From contig NC_068989.1 in NCBI RefSeq assembly GCF_001194135.2, forward strand, positions 42,605,726 through 42,648,114: DNA of 42,389 nucleotides, written 5' to 3'. Source of the DNA: Octopus bimaculoides. Lineage: Eukaryota. Under the pieces are notes generated by a model. It was not told where the DNA came from. It ran no database searches and was given only the letters and a program-made list of their open reading frames with translations. Positions 1 through 11,877 of this stretch are shown here, in pieces. Each line of letters opens with the position of its first letter. The first letter of the stretch is position 1. A program made the position numbers and the translations under genes.

Positions 1-187
1 CTTGATAACCCATGGTGGTGTGTTTAGGTCCCCGTAACCTAGTGGTTCGGCAAAAGAGACCGATAGAATAAGTACTAGGCATCCAAAGAATAAGTCCTGG
101 GGTCGATTTGCTCGACTAAAGATGGTGCTCCAGCATGGCCGCAGTAAAATGACTGAAACAAGTAAAAGAGTAAAGAGTAAAGAGTAA
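1..187 (+). mobile_element. 3' half of a tRNA-derived SINE (family A)
   Basis: Body CCCCGTAAC...GATAGAATAAGTACTAG...GGGGTCGATT...GGTGCTCCAGCATGGCCGCAGT and GAGTAAA-type tail; matches copies at 13123-13536 (+), 28704-29068 (-) and 33033-33475 (-). Confidence 0.85.
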
Positions 188-659
188 TATAAACCACCAT
201 AACGGCGAAATGGGAAAGTATCTGAGAAGTGATCGTTTTCAGTACATACATAACACGACTCACCGTTTCCGTCCCACAATGCCACGCCAAATCACATGAC
301 AACAAACCACAACCACGTAGTATCACTAAGCTCCACCTAAATATACAAAATTTTGTGAAGAAACCTAGATATTGATAAAAAGTCAGTAAAATAGCAAAAG
401 CTAAAGTAGTAAAAATGGAAAACGGATTAAGGCTTCGGCTAAGTTGTAAGATTATGTCTAGCAAGGTTTTAGAAGGGGAAAAAATGTCCGTTTTAAGACA
501 CAGTATTATAAGAGTCATAATGTGGTTGAAGTATTGACAAAAACTGGCAATCTCTTGTTTTACAAAGATTTATTTGCATTTCTCAAAAGGTTATTTGTAG
601 CTCTCACTACCGCTATAGTGTACTGCCCTCCTCCTTCTCCGCCTTCACCACCCTTCTTC

Positions 660-897
660 TTCTTCACCATCATTATCATCATCACCACCGTCATCATCAT
701 CGTCGTTATCGTTGTCGTCATCATCATTATCATCATCATCATCATCATCATCATAAACATGGTCATCATCCCCATCATCATCATCGTCGTCGTCGTCGCC
801 ATCGTCATCATGGCCATCAAAAATATCGACTTCATCATCATCAATAATACTGTTATTATCATCACTTCAATTCTATCGTCGTCGTCGTCATCATCAT
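660..897. repeat. Compound (ATC)n/(GTC)n trinucleotide microsatellite
   Basis: Visible repeat; source of the poly-I and poly-M ORFs at 522-899 and 560-952. Confidence 0.95.
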
Positions 898-906
898 AAT
901 GTACAT

Positions 907-990
907 CAAAGGTTCTCAACGGGGGCCATTTGGAGCTCGCGGAGGGGGGCATTTGGGACCAAAGGGGTACTAGGGGGCGTTAAGAGACAT
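907..990 (+). mobile_element. Possible hAT (Charlie-like) MITE end, running into an N gap
   Basis: CAAAGGTTCTCAAC (907-920) differs at 2 positions from CAGTGGTTCTCAAC, the reverse complement of 34301-34314 and a typical hAT-Charlie TIR start. Confidence 0.35.
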
Positions 991-1562
991 NNNNNNNNNN
1001 NNNNNNNNNNNNNNNNNNNNNNNNNNNNNNNNNNNNNNNNNNNNNNNNNNNNNNNNNNNNNNNNNNNNNNNNNNNNNNNNNNNNNNNNNNNNNNNNNNNN
1101 NNNNNNNNNNNNNNNNNNNNNNNNNNNNNNNNNNNNNNNNNNNNNNNNNNNNNNNNNNNNNNNNNNNNNNNNNNNNNNNNNNNNNNNNNNNNNNNNNNNN
1201 NNNNNNNNNNNNNNNNNNNNNNNNNNNNNNNNNNNNNNNNNNNNNNNNNNNNNNNNNNNNNNNNNNNNNNNNNNNNNNNNNNNNNNNNNNNNNNNNNNNN
1301 NNNNNNNNNNNNNNNNNNNNNNNNNNNNNNNNNNNNNNNNNNNNNNNNNNNNNNNNNNNNNNNNNNNNNNNNNNNNNNNNNNNNNNNNNNNNNNNNNNNN
1401 NNNNNNNNNNNNNNNNNNNNNNNNNNNNNNNNNNNNNNNNNNNNNNNNNNNNNNNNNNNNNNNNNNNNNNNNNNNNNNNNNNNNNNNNNNNNNNNNNNNN
1501 NNNNNNNNNNNNNNNNNNNNNNNNNNNNNNNNNNNNNNNNNNNNNNNNNNNNNNNNNNNNNN

Positions 1563-1615
<53 letters not shown>

Positions 1616-2170
1616 ATATAAAGAATGGTAGTCAGAATTTTGAATCTGGCTTTCGGGTGTAGCTGATAGATGTATTTGTGTATGTGTGTCTATGTATGGG
1701 TATGTTTGTATGTATATGACTGCGTGTGTTGCTGTTTTGAATTCCTTTCTGCAATTGAAATTAAATTGATCCTTGGCTATTAAAGACCCAAGCACACTCA
1801 CACATACATTTGTTTTAGGTTTTATACCCATTTGAACTGCGGCTATACACCAGATAAAGTGGTAAATCTTATGTTCTGAAATTTAAATTTTGAATTTGTT
1901 TTAATTATAAAATTACACCCCAGCTAAAAACACATCTTTTGGCTTTGGAAAACAGAACCTTTTCTTTTTCTTTCTATATTTTTTATTAAGTTAGAATTTC
2001 TCTGTTTTGGTCAGGATTTTCCAATTTCCTATAACATGCGATAGACAGAAGCATTTGAACAAATTAAATTCATAGAGCCGAACAAAATCAAAAATGTTAA
2101 TTTCACTCGTAATGATGGAAAGTAGTAAATATTTCCCCTTTCCTTAATACTAGTAAGAGCATAGTATGAG

Positions 2171-2211
2171 GGAGATTTGGCTGTTATTTCTAGCAAATTG
2201 AACAACCACAC
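2171..2211 (+). repeat. Short dispersed repeat AGATTTGGCTGTTATTTCTAGCA...
   Basis: Reverse-complement copy at 12483-12520 (about 38 bp, few mismatches) and a shorter one at 13037-13058. Confidence 0.6.
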
Positions 2212-3229
2212 AGAGAGTACCTCATTGGCTCATTTGTTGATGTGTATAAGTAAACAAAACTGAAAGAAAAACAGACACTAGCAAACACACGCACNNNNNN
2301 NNNNNNNNNNNNNNNNNNNNNNNNNNNNNNNNNNNNNNNNNNNNNNNNNNNNNNNNNNNNNNNNNNNNNNNNNNNNNNNNNNNNNNNNNNNNNNNNNNNN
2401 NNNNNNNNNNNNNNNNNNNNNNNNNNNNNNNNNNNNNNNNNNNNNNNNNNNNNNNNNNNNNNNNNNNNNNNNNNNNNNNNNNNNNNNNNNNNNNNNNNNN
2501 NNNNNNNNNNNNNNNNNNNNNNNNNNNNNNNNNNNNNNNNNNNNNNNNNNNNNNNNNNNNNNNNNNNNNNNNNNNNNNNNNNNNNNNNNNNNNNNNNNNN
2601 NNNNNNNNNNNNNNNNNNNNNNNNNNNNNNNNNNNNNNNNNNNNNNNNNNNNNNNNNNNNNNNNNNNNNNNNNNNNNNNNNNNNNNNNNNNNNNNNNNNN
2701 NNNNNNNNNNNNNNNNNNNNNNNNNNNNNNNNNNNNNNNNNNNNNNNNNNNNNNNNNNNNNNNNNNNNNNNNNNNNNNNNNNNNNNNNNNNNNNNNNNNN
2801 NNNNNNNNNNNNNNNNNNNNNNNNNNNNNNNNNNNNNNNNNNNNNNNNNNNNNNNNNNNNNNNNNNNNNNNNNNNNNNNNNNNNNNNNNNNNNNNNNNNN
2901 NNNNNNNNNNNNNNNNNNNNNNNNNNNNNNNNNNNNNNNNNNNNNNNNNNNNNNNNNNNNNNNNNNNNNNNNNNNNNNNNNNNNNNNNNNNNNNNNNNNN
3001 NNNNNNTTTAACGTGAAATAACTTCGAATACAAAAATTTTTATCTGTTCTATAACACAAAATATACAAGTATACGAAGTTTGAAAGTGTTTCGGTACCAA
3101 AAACACGACATAAAACATAAATGAAAAATGTTGCCCGTCAAACCAAAAAGATCTGTTTCTCTTTATAATTTCCAAATAATTTTTTAATACTTTTATAGAA
3201 AAAAGTCAATTGACGGTCTTCACACTTTT

Positions 3230-3430
3230 TCACATAATCCTGGACTTTATTTGTGAAACGCCAGTGACATGCTGCATGTCAATCAGCAATATTACAAGAC
3301 AGACAGTTGTACAGAGGTATAACATATAGTCCAAGTAGACGAAAGCCTTCTTTTTAAGAGGTAAAATGAAGTTGGAAGAGTGATCAAGAAGTTTTGGATA
3401 CTTGTGACTGCCGTAAACGACGGTGTGCCT
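3230..3430 (+). pseudogene. Merlin (IS1595/ISXO2-like) DDE transposase fragment
   Basis: 3323-3406 translates HIVQVDESLLFKR*NEVGRVIKKFWILV, matching the Merlin/IS1595 first catalytic motif (V-E-I-D-E-S...K-R-K...G-R...W-V-F-G); it contains an in-frame stop. Confidence 0.65.
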
Positions 3431-4710
3431 GTTTTTAATGTATGTGCATGTATAAAGATATAATTAAAACAATACGTATGCACCCACGTAGGTATACACA
3501 CACACACATATATATATATATATACAGCAAAGCCTAATGGTGTGAATTTTCTAAAACTCCTTTAGGGACAAATGGTTTTCATAATGAATTCCAATTTAAT
3601 CGGGATCTATATGGTCTGAAACATATTTGTAGAAAAGAAATATTTAATTTTCTCAAGGTTAATTTTCTCAAGGTTAATTTTCTCTTTGGAGCACAATTGT
3701 GTAGATATGCCGAAATATTTATATATATACAAAGATGTATATATAACTAACTCTGTAAAAATGTATGCGTGTGTGTATATATTTGTATGTTTCTGTGTGC
3801 ATTTATACATGTATATGTATAAGTTTCAGAAGATATTAGAATAATGGAATAAAAGTCAGTCATGATTAGAGATCTCCCAAAAATCTATTTCCTTAATTTT
3901 TAACTACTGTTTCTAGTACACATATTTACGTAATTTTGATTTTGAAGTATTAAAAAAAATATATGGCAATTACAAAGAGAAACGAATGGTAGATTCGGAC
4001 TGTCCGTATTTTAAAACTACGAATTAAAAAAAAAAAATTGTGTGTGTCAAATTTTTCTCCAGAAGTTCATGGCTTCATAAGAATAAGCTTGGAAAACTAT
4101 GTCAGGATAACCAATTTGCAGATTTTTAGCGTCATTTTAAAAGGGGGCTGACTTTATGACTCAAACTAACTAGATCCAAGTACAATGAATACCATCCTCC
4201 ACAATTTGCTTCTCATATGAAGTACATATGTATTTCAACAATTTCTATCAAATACACTCTCTTTCTTGAGCATAAAAGATCCTCTTTCCGGGTGACAGTA
4301 ACTTATATGTCAGATTGTCGCACAAGTTCTAACTGTTTTGATAAGGGAAATCGGAAAGGTTCGAAATGATTTCATCAGCATTTACTTGTACCAAAGAGCA
4401 CTCTTTCGATAGACAACAAGTTGATCTCATAAGCGTCGCGTGGTGGAAATAAACACAATTACAAAACTTGTTTGTTCCTCCGTGTTTCCGCTACTCTCCT
4501 TCTCAACTCCATCCATGCCCCAGTCTCCGTGTTTCTAATGACATGTCCCAGCCTCTATGTTCTCCTTTTGAAGACATTCATTCCCTTCCATATCTCCTAA
4601 CAACCTCTCAACGCACAAATACTCTATTTTAGATTTTCACGCGCTGAGTCTAAAAGGAGAAGAGATGGTACCCATGATCTTTACAAGCTTCCCAAAACCG
4701 GCGAGCTTGA

Positions 4711-4711
<1 letters not shown>

Positions 4712-4743
<32 letters not shown>

Positions 4744-4869
4744 ACAACAACATCATCATCATCATCATCATCACCACTGCCACTTTCATCCTTCTAATCA
4801 CCACCACAAACATCATCCCCATCATCACCAGTACCACCAGCGGCACCAGCACTATCAGCAGCACCACCG
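4712..4869. repeat. (ATC)n/(ACC)n compound microsatellite abutting a gap
   Basis: Visible repeat. Confidence 0.95.
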
Positions 4870-5394
4870 NNNNNNNNNNNNNNNNNNNNNNNNNNNNNNN
4901 NNNNNNNNNNNNNNNNNNNNNNNNNNNNNNNNNNNNNNNNNNNNNNNNNNNNNNNNNNNNNNNNNNNNNNNNNNNNNNNNNNNNNNNNNNNNNNNNNNNN
5001 NNNNNNNNNNNNNNNNNNNNNNNNNNNNNNNNNNNNNNNNNNNNNNNNNNNNNNNNNNNNNNNNNNNNNNNNNNNNNNNNNNNNNNNNNNNNNNNNNNNN
5101 NNNNNNNNNNNNNNNNNNNNNNNNNNNNNNNNNNNNNNNNNNNNNNNNNNNNNNNNNNNNNNNNNNNNNNNNNNNNNNNNNNNNNNNNNNNNNNNNNNNN
5201 NNNNNNNNNNNNNNNNNNNNNNNNNNNNNNNNNNNNNNNNNNNNNNNNNNNNNNNNNNNNNNNNNNNNNNNNNNNNNNNNNNNNNNNNNNNNNNNNNNNN
5301 NNNNNNNNNNNNNNNNNNNNNNNNNNNNNNNNNNNNNNNNNNNNNNNNNNNNNNNNNNNNNNNNNNNNNNNNNNNNNNNNNNNNNNNNNNNNNN

Positions 5395-5438
<44 letters not shown>

Positions 5439-5486
5439 CATATAGACAGTGACAGATATATATATAGAGAGAGAGAGACGAGTGGA

Positions 5487-5700
5487 TCAGATGTGCCTGG
5501 ATGGTGGTGGCACAGACAACATCCAACTTTGAGAAGGAGAGGCCATTAGATTAAAGGTAGAAAAGGTAGGGACAGTAAACTGCAAGTCATTGTTTCTAGA
5601 GCTAGAGTGTGCGTGTGATTTCATGTCAGTCAGTCGAGTAGCTTTTTCTGTATATAGTAGTGACATAATCCCAGATATGGGAGCAATAGTCAATGAAGGG
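5487..5700 (-). mobile_element. Possible very old CR1/L2-type LINE 3' fragment
   Basis: Minus frame HAHSSSRNNDLQFTVPTFST loosely resembles the H-x-T-R-S...L-x-V-P C-terminal motif of CR1/L2 ORF2; weak. Confidence 0.25.
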
Positions 5701-6320
5701 GTTCACCTGAGGTTTGTAGAGTGTCAGCGATTATTGCGAATCTCCCTCTGTATATATACTTTCCTATCGCGTCACACTTTGTCACAAAGGCAGGCATATT
5801 CTATATACATCTCATTCCTGTTAGATTACATAATGATACCGAACATTAACTAATAGAATCATGTTCTATATACTGACCTTGAATGGCAACCGCTACTGGA
5901 CAATTTTCGTCTACTACTGATATATTTTGTGCCATTTTATACAACACGTCCATAACAGATATTATCTCTGGACGAATACTGCAGTTAGTTTGTTTTTCCG
6001 TGAAGTATTTGCGCAGATTGCTACCGCTTCTATTGCACATAACGAATTTTTATTCAACCAGCCGGTTAATTGCAACATCAATGAATTTTTCAGTCACTGC
6101 CTTCCTATATCAATAGTGCCAATTTTTATCTTGGTATACGATTGCCAGCGGGCACATGCTGCTGGCAAAGCCCTCAAAATAGGAATGCGCATCTAGCATT
6201 TCCACCTATTAAGACAGTTTTCATCTGCGACTAATATGTTTTTACGTTATTTAACACACTGCGTCCATAAGAGATATTACAGCTGGACGAATACTAAAGT
6301 TAGTTTGGCTTTCCATAATG

Positions 6321-6321
<1 letters not shown>

Positions 6322-6407
<86 letters not shown>
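6322..6407. repeat. (CA)n microsatellite
   Basis: Visible perfect repeat. Confidence 0.97.
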
Positions 6408-6409
<2 letters not shown>

Positions 6410-6830
6410 TGTAATTATTCCTAGAATATATTCATTACCGTGATTCTAGATTGTTTTCTCTCAGAGAGGAGCTAATTCCGATTTTACTAGCATAATGAAT
6501 TGTATCGGTTTCATCGTGTCTGTTTTGACATGTTTCTAATTTCATTTATATTTTATACAGCTAATATAAGGATAGTTGTACAAAACAGTCGAGACAACAT
6601 CCGAGTTTATTAATTTAGAATTAGACACGGCAACTACGGCTTGAAATATAAAACTATCAACTTTTGTGGAATTTAATTCCTTTTGTTTTCTTCTTCCGGA
6701 ATGACGTGAATCAATGTTTTCTAATAAAAAATTCATGAGTTAAAAAATATGACTAGTTAGCGTCCAATACACACACACACACACACACAGACACACACAG
6801 GTAGCTATATACATATAGATATAATAATGA

Positions 6831-7012
6831 TGGTTTCAAATTTTGGTGCGAGGCCAGCCAACCCCAGTGCTTAACTGGTACTTATTTTACCGATCCCGTA
6901 AAGATGAAAGTAAAGTCAAACTCGGCAGAATTTGAATTCAGAACGTAAAGACGGACGAAATGCCGCTAAGCATTGGTCCCAGAGTGCTAACGATTCTACC
7001 GGCTCGTCGCTT
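6831..7012 (-). mobile_element. Meta-domain tRNA-derived SINE (family B), internally deleted
   Basis: Reverse complement carries a GGCGACGAGC head, a B-box-like TGAATTCAAATTC, GATCGGTAAAATAAGTACCAG and a TTTGAAACCA tail; homologous to 9458-9647, 18532-18747 and 23100-23312. Confidence 0.85.
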
Positions 7013-7021
7013 GAGCAATAA

Positions 7022-7157
7022 TCCTTTCTAATATAGGCACGCACAAAAAAAGCCTAAAATTTTGAAGGAAGAGGTTTGTCGATTACATCGATCCCACTAC
7101 TCGACTAGTTTTAAGTTAATCGATCCCGAAAGGATGACAGGCAAAGTCGATCTCGGT
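7022..7157 (-). mobile_element. Family B SINE, 3' part only
   Basis: GTCGATTACATCGA and GATCCCGAAAGGATGACAGGCAAAGTCGA match the other copies; interrupted at its head side by the mariner. Confidence 0.75.
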
Positions 7158-7161
7158 GCAT

Positions 7162-7898
7162 GTCCTTCCTGAGCATGCGCAAAAAGTTTTGTCACTGTAC
7201 GTTGCGCTCTTCGCCCGCAGTAACGCGTTAAGTACAGGCGTGTGCCGTACGATTTTTCTTTTTGAGTCAAGATGAGCGAGTACATTGAGCAAAAATACTG
7301 TATCAAATTCTGCCAAAAACTTGATGATACGCAAGCCCAGACTATCGAGAAGATTCAGAAGGCCTTTGGAGATGATGCTGCAGGAAAAACGAAAATAAAG
7401 GAGTGGTACAACCGGTTCAAAGATGGTCGCACCTCAGTGGACTAGCAAAAACGACGAAATGATTGCTAAGGTTCGAAGAATAGTCTATGAAGACCGTCGT
7501 GTGACTATTGAGGAGATTGTTGCCGAAGCTGGAATCAGTTCATTTTGCCCACGTCGATAAAGTATTCCTCGTCAAGCAAAACGCACCACTTGTTCGTCAG
7601 GCTTCTCACTCCCCAGACTTGGGACCGTGTGTCTTTTGGCTATTTCCAAAGCTGAAAAAAAAAACCACTCAAAGGGAGAAGAGTTGAGTCAACAAAGGAC
7701 ATTATGCAAAATTCGACATCACAGCTCTACAGCATCCCCAAAAGGGATTTCCAGAAATGTTTCAAGCAGTAGCAGGAACGCTGCAGAAGTGTATGGCTTC
7801 CCAAAGTGAATACTTTGAAGGAGACTAAATAAAATGATGAGTTTTTTACTATTACTTGTTTTTTGCCCAAAAGTCGGATACTTTTTGACTACACCTCG
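7162..7898 (+). mobile_element. Mariner (Tc1/mariner) transposon, internally deleted and inactive
   Basis: ATG at 7272 gives MSEYIEQKYCIKFCQKLDDTQAQTIEKIQKAFGDDAAGKTKIKEWYNRFKDGRTSVD* (HTH). It is followed by EDRRVTIEEI, a jump to HSPDLGPCVFWLFPKLK, and EYFEGD* ending at 7828. The right TIR-like CGGATACTTTTTGACTACACCTCG ends at 7898; no left TIR was seen. Confidence 0.9.
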
Positions 7899-8479
7899 CA
7901 TGTGTTTACAGATGAGTGTATGAATGTATACATGTGTGTATATATGTATGTATGTTTGCACGTCTGCGTGCAAACATGTAAGTTAATATATACAGCCCTA
8001 ACTCAAGACTGTTAAATAGCCTCCACGTGACCAGCATTACAACTGACCCCTGGTGGGGAAAAGCTAATGTATGGGAACTTGAAATGTGTATACCTTCCTT
8101 CATGTGGAACCTTCTCTAACCCTAACTAAATACATCCTTTCCTAAGTGTTACAAAACGGGACTTGTAAGAGGTCTCCATTCTAATGCACATAGTCAACCC
8201 ACGTGTGGCATACATAACATTGTACCGTTTACCCTTGTCCAAGTTATTGGGGCCAAATAACACCGTTCAACATGTAATTAGCAGCCTGGTGATATAGGCA
8301 TATAAGATAAATGAATAAAGCAACAAACCAACGATTCCTTGTCCACAGCAGGTTTCTTACTCTGAGTTCTGTTGTTGTTAAAGGTAACTGAAAAAACTGA
8401 GAATGCGAAGAATCTTTAAGAGCTTAACAAATTATGTACAGTGTTTGGGGGAAAAGGGGGAAAACTTGGATGAATGGGA

Positions 8480-8850
8480 ATAAGAAGAAACAATAATGAT
8501 TATTCACTTGAAAAAGGAGAGAAATTAGATTTGAAGACCTCCATAATAAATCAACTGATGACCTGCCTTACTCACAAAATGGAAAATATTTTGCATAGCA
8601 AGCAACCACTGGAGTCGGCAAGTTTCATAAACGGTTTCTCCAATAGCCGCCACACAACATCAATCAAGTAATGGCAAAACACCAGGAATGCTATTTACTT
8701 CTGTGCTTAACATTAATCAATTACGAGAATGTTTTCAACCCGGCAGAGATGCAAGCTGTGCTTAACTCATTGAAAGACTAAGAAGTGAAGAAATTTAGAT
8801 CCGCGTAAGGAATTGAAATATATGTACAGGGATAGTGTGAATATAGCCAG
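8480..8850 (+). mobile_element. RTE-clade LINE reverse transcriptase fragment (decayed)
   Basis: Frameshifted translation LTHKMENILHSKQPLESASFINGFS / QVMAKHQECYLLLCLTLINYENVFNPAEMQAVLNSLKD follows the RTE RT pattern (QPxEQAGFRxGFS ... LCLAFIDYEKAFDSVE...VLNSL). Confidence 0.7.
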
Positions 8851-9009
8851 ACTACGCAGGTATAGACACACGCATAAAAGAAGGCGTAAGAGAGAGGGAG
8901 AAAGAGGGGGAGGGTGTTAGGAGGGGGAAGTGAAAACGGAAGAGATTAATTATGTATAAAAACAAAAATAGACAAACAAATAGATGAAATCAGACGATGG
9001 TAGATGATG

Positions 9010-9150
9010 GACAAAATGGACGCGGCAGGACACTTCAACAGAAGGGCACATAATGGTTGTACAAAACTCATCACGGAATAGAGACTAATGATAGGGAAAA
9101 TGAAAACTAAGAACACTATAAATGAGACGGCGTGACGTGATCGATAACTG
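9010..9150 (+). mobile_element. RTE-clade LINE ORF C-terminal fragment
   Basis: KMDAAGHFNRRAHNGCTKLITE*RLMIGK resembles the RTE KWRWAGHIARR.DNRWT..ITEW.P..GKR motif; collinear with 8480-8850. Confidence 0.55.
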
Positions 9151-9457
9151 TCAGATCACTGTCGTCTAGTTACATCATGCATGAGGCTGAAAAAGACTAC
9201 TGTGGGCTGTGACTTTCATCCACCAATGGCTCGAGAACGACCGATGATAACAAGGTGGGTGTATATTTGTGTCTGTGGAATGCATACATACAGGTACATA
9301 TATACATACAGGACATATATGCATACAGGTACAAGTACTTTGCCAACACTAACACTAAAACTTACACGCTAAGGCCCGAATGATTCAGCTGTTCTCTGGC
9401 CACAAATATACGACTCAGCGTCAAAACATTAGAAATCAATATTTCGTGACGTTCTTT

Positions 9458-9647
9458 TAAGGCGGCGTGCTAGCAGAATCGTTATTGCACCGGTCAAAAT
9501 GCTTAGCGGCATTTCGTCCGTATTTACGTTCAGAGTTAAAATTCTGCCGAAGACGGCTACACCTTTCATCCTGCATTGGGGTCAATCTAATTGACTTACT
9601 CTCCACCGAAATTGCTGGCCTTGTGCCTAAACTTGAAAGCAACATCT
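9458..9647 (+). mobile_element. Family B SINE
   Basis: TAAGGCGGCGTGCTAGCAGAATCG head, GAGTTAAAATTC B-box-like motif, CCTTTCATCC and a CTTGAAAGCAA tail; part of the Meta domain is deleted. Confidence 0.85.
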
Positions 9648-10389
9648 AGTCACATCCCTGAACTTTCTGATTATAGATGTCCTCAAAGACTTCTGCAATC
9701 CGTCGTTCATGGAATGGTGGGAGTATCAAGAAAATAAGTACCCTCTATAGCTTCAATCAATTGATTCTTTCTAAAGATCGTTCTGTTGAAAAGTGGATTT
9801 TTGTTTTTTTGTTTACAAGAACACGACGAGTTAATGCGTGTAATAAAAGATGGACTCACGCTTTATAGTTTTGATTGAAATGGCTATATAAAAAGCCTTC
9901 CTAGCAACCAACTGGCCTTACTTCTCATTCACTATTTCTCTTCACATTATTTATGAACTCATTCATTATGGCTTCAGTTAACTAGGTAGCTTCTAGGTAA
10001 TGGTTCGGCCGACTAGAAACAAGTGTCAATGGACTTCAAGCACATAACTATTATAGGCTACAACAAAAAACTCAACAAAAGGACACACTGGATAAGATAA
10101 TCAAGATATACAAAAGAAAAAAAAAAGATACTGTCGAAATGGATTAGCTTGCATCACACGCCTACTTAATCGAAGCAGAGCTGAGCTAAACAACAATTTT
10201 TCATTCATAAGAATGTAACGATGACTATAGTATATTATAACGAGATACACAAAGCAATTATTGACCTGATGTAAGAACGAATACAGCTATCGAATGTTAG
10301 GTATAATGGACTTAATGAGAAAGCCAACATAATAATTCGTGGTGTGTGTGCGTGCGCGGGGGTGTGTATTTACTACACAACTTTGTTTC

Positions 10390-10393
<4 letters not shown>

Positions 10394-10458
<65 letters not shown>

Positions 10459-11151
10459 ATGAAACATATACGTATAATGATACATGCAGACACACACATG
10501 TACGTATGAATATATGTTTGTTAAAATATATCATTGGTCCCTTTAGAAAGTACTCCCCATTAACTATTTTACTTTCCTTTATATGATATAAACCCACGAT
10601 ATTGTGCCCAAGTAGTAGCTCTGATACCGTTTTAATGGCTTTATGTTTATATTGTTTTAGAAAGAGGTACGCTGTCTTTATTATGATATTGCCAAGTATC
10701 TTTTCATCTACTTAGTAATATGCGCTTGCTTTCTCCTGTATGTATGTGTGTGCATACATACATATATACACACATACATACGTGTATTTATGAATGTGAG
10801 TGTATACGTGAGCATGTGGGTGTATTATATATGTATGAATATATGTATTCATGCGTATATATATATATGTATATATATACTCATATATATTTATACATAT
10901 AGCTTTATATAGGGTATTTGTATACAAAACCATACATTTGCATATGTACGTGTATACATGTATACATACATACGTATATATATATATATNNNNNNNNNNN
11001 NNNNNNNNNNNNNNNNNNNNNNNNNNNNNNNNNNNNNNNNNNNNNNNNNNNNNNNNNNNNNNNNNNNNNNNNNNNNNNNNNNNNNNNNNNNNNNNNNNNN
11101 NNNNNNNNNNNNNNNNNNNNNNNNNNNNNNNNNNNNNNNNNNNNNNNNNNN

Positions 11152-11187
<36 letters not shown>

Positions 11188-11300
11188 TGTAGTATATATG
11201 TATATGCGTGTGTGTGTGTATAAGCTTATATATATATACACACATACATATATATATGTGAGTGTGTGCATGTGTATGTGCATGTGTGTGTGTGCGTAAG
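10394..11300. repeat. (AT)n and mixed AT/GT/GTAT microsatellite field with a gap
   Basis: Visible repeats; source of the IYIY and VCVC ORFs. Confidence 0.9.
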
Positions 11301-11826
11301 TGCGTGTTTGTGTATCTGAAATCGCTTATCCAATGAGCTCAGTTATGTCCCAAAGTACATAAGTACACAATTTTGATGTTTCCACAATCATTCAAAAGTG
11401 AACCAGTATTAGTTGTACAATAATGCATGTATGTGCATGTGTTTGCGTATGTATGTGGGTGTTTTATGCGTGCGCCATAGCCATTATCGGTTCATTTACC
11501 GTAAATCTGGAAACTACATATGCGTGCTCTTTTGATGACAGTAATATTTTATGGCGTAAAGTCGGTCTGGAACAATTATTTCTATTAAATAGGTGCTATC
11601 ATTGATATGTTTATAGGAAACAGCAATGACATTAATATGTGTTGCTGTGCGGGCGGTTGTTATAATACTAGAAGTAAATTTAATTTTCTAACGACAGTGC
11701 AAACAGGTAATTTAAATAGGGAACCTCGTTAAATTTATGACCGGAAGTTAATAACATGTAGAACACCACATCAAATATTCGGATACAGCCCTGCATCTGT
11801 TACCTGGAAAGAAGGCTCAAAGTAGT

Positions 11827-11877
<51 letters not shown>

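Noticed and set aside
522-952. Homopolymer-rich ORFs (poly-I, M, D, T, V, Y), also at 4637-4867, 17033-18889 and 22675-23233
   Set aside because: They are translations of trinucleotide microsatellites, open on several frames and both strands because the units lack stop codons.
4355-4385. Minus-strand CTGATGA followed by a short stem and CGAAC
   Set aside because: It lacks the GAAA core and has no stem I or III, so it is not called a hammerhead.
4480-4600. RLGHVIR motif on the minus strand suggesting a LINE C-terminus
   Set aside because: A single short motif next to a stop; too little to call.
5846-6120. Resemblance to a glutamate-receptor/ANF-type N-terminal motif (AVFGP-like) with donor AG|GTCAGT
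   Set aside because: It needs a frameshift that both duplicated copies contradict, and the other frame has a stop shared by both copies.
10661-10666. Possible 6-nt microexon AG|AAAGAG|GT
   Set aside because: Such motifs arise often by chance in T-rich DNA, and no host gene is established.
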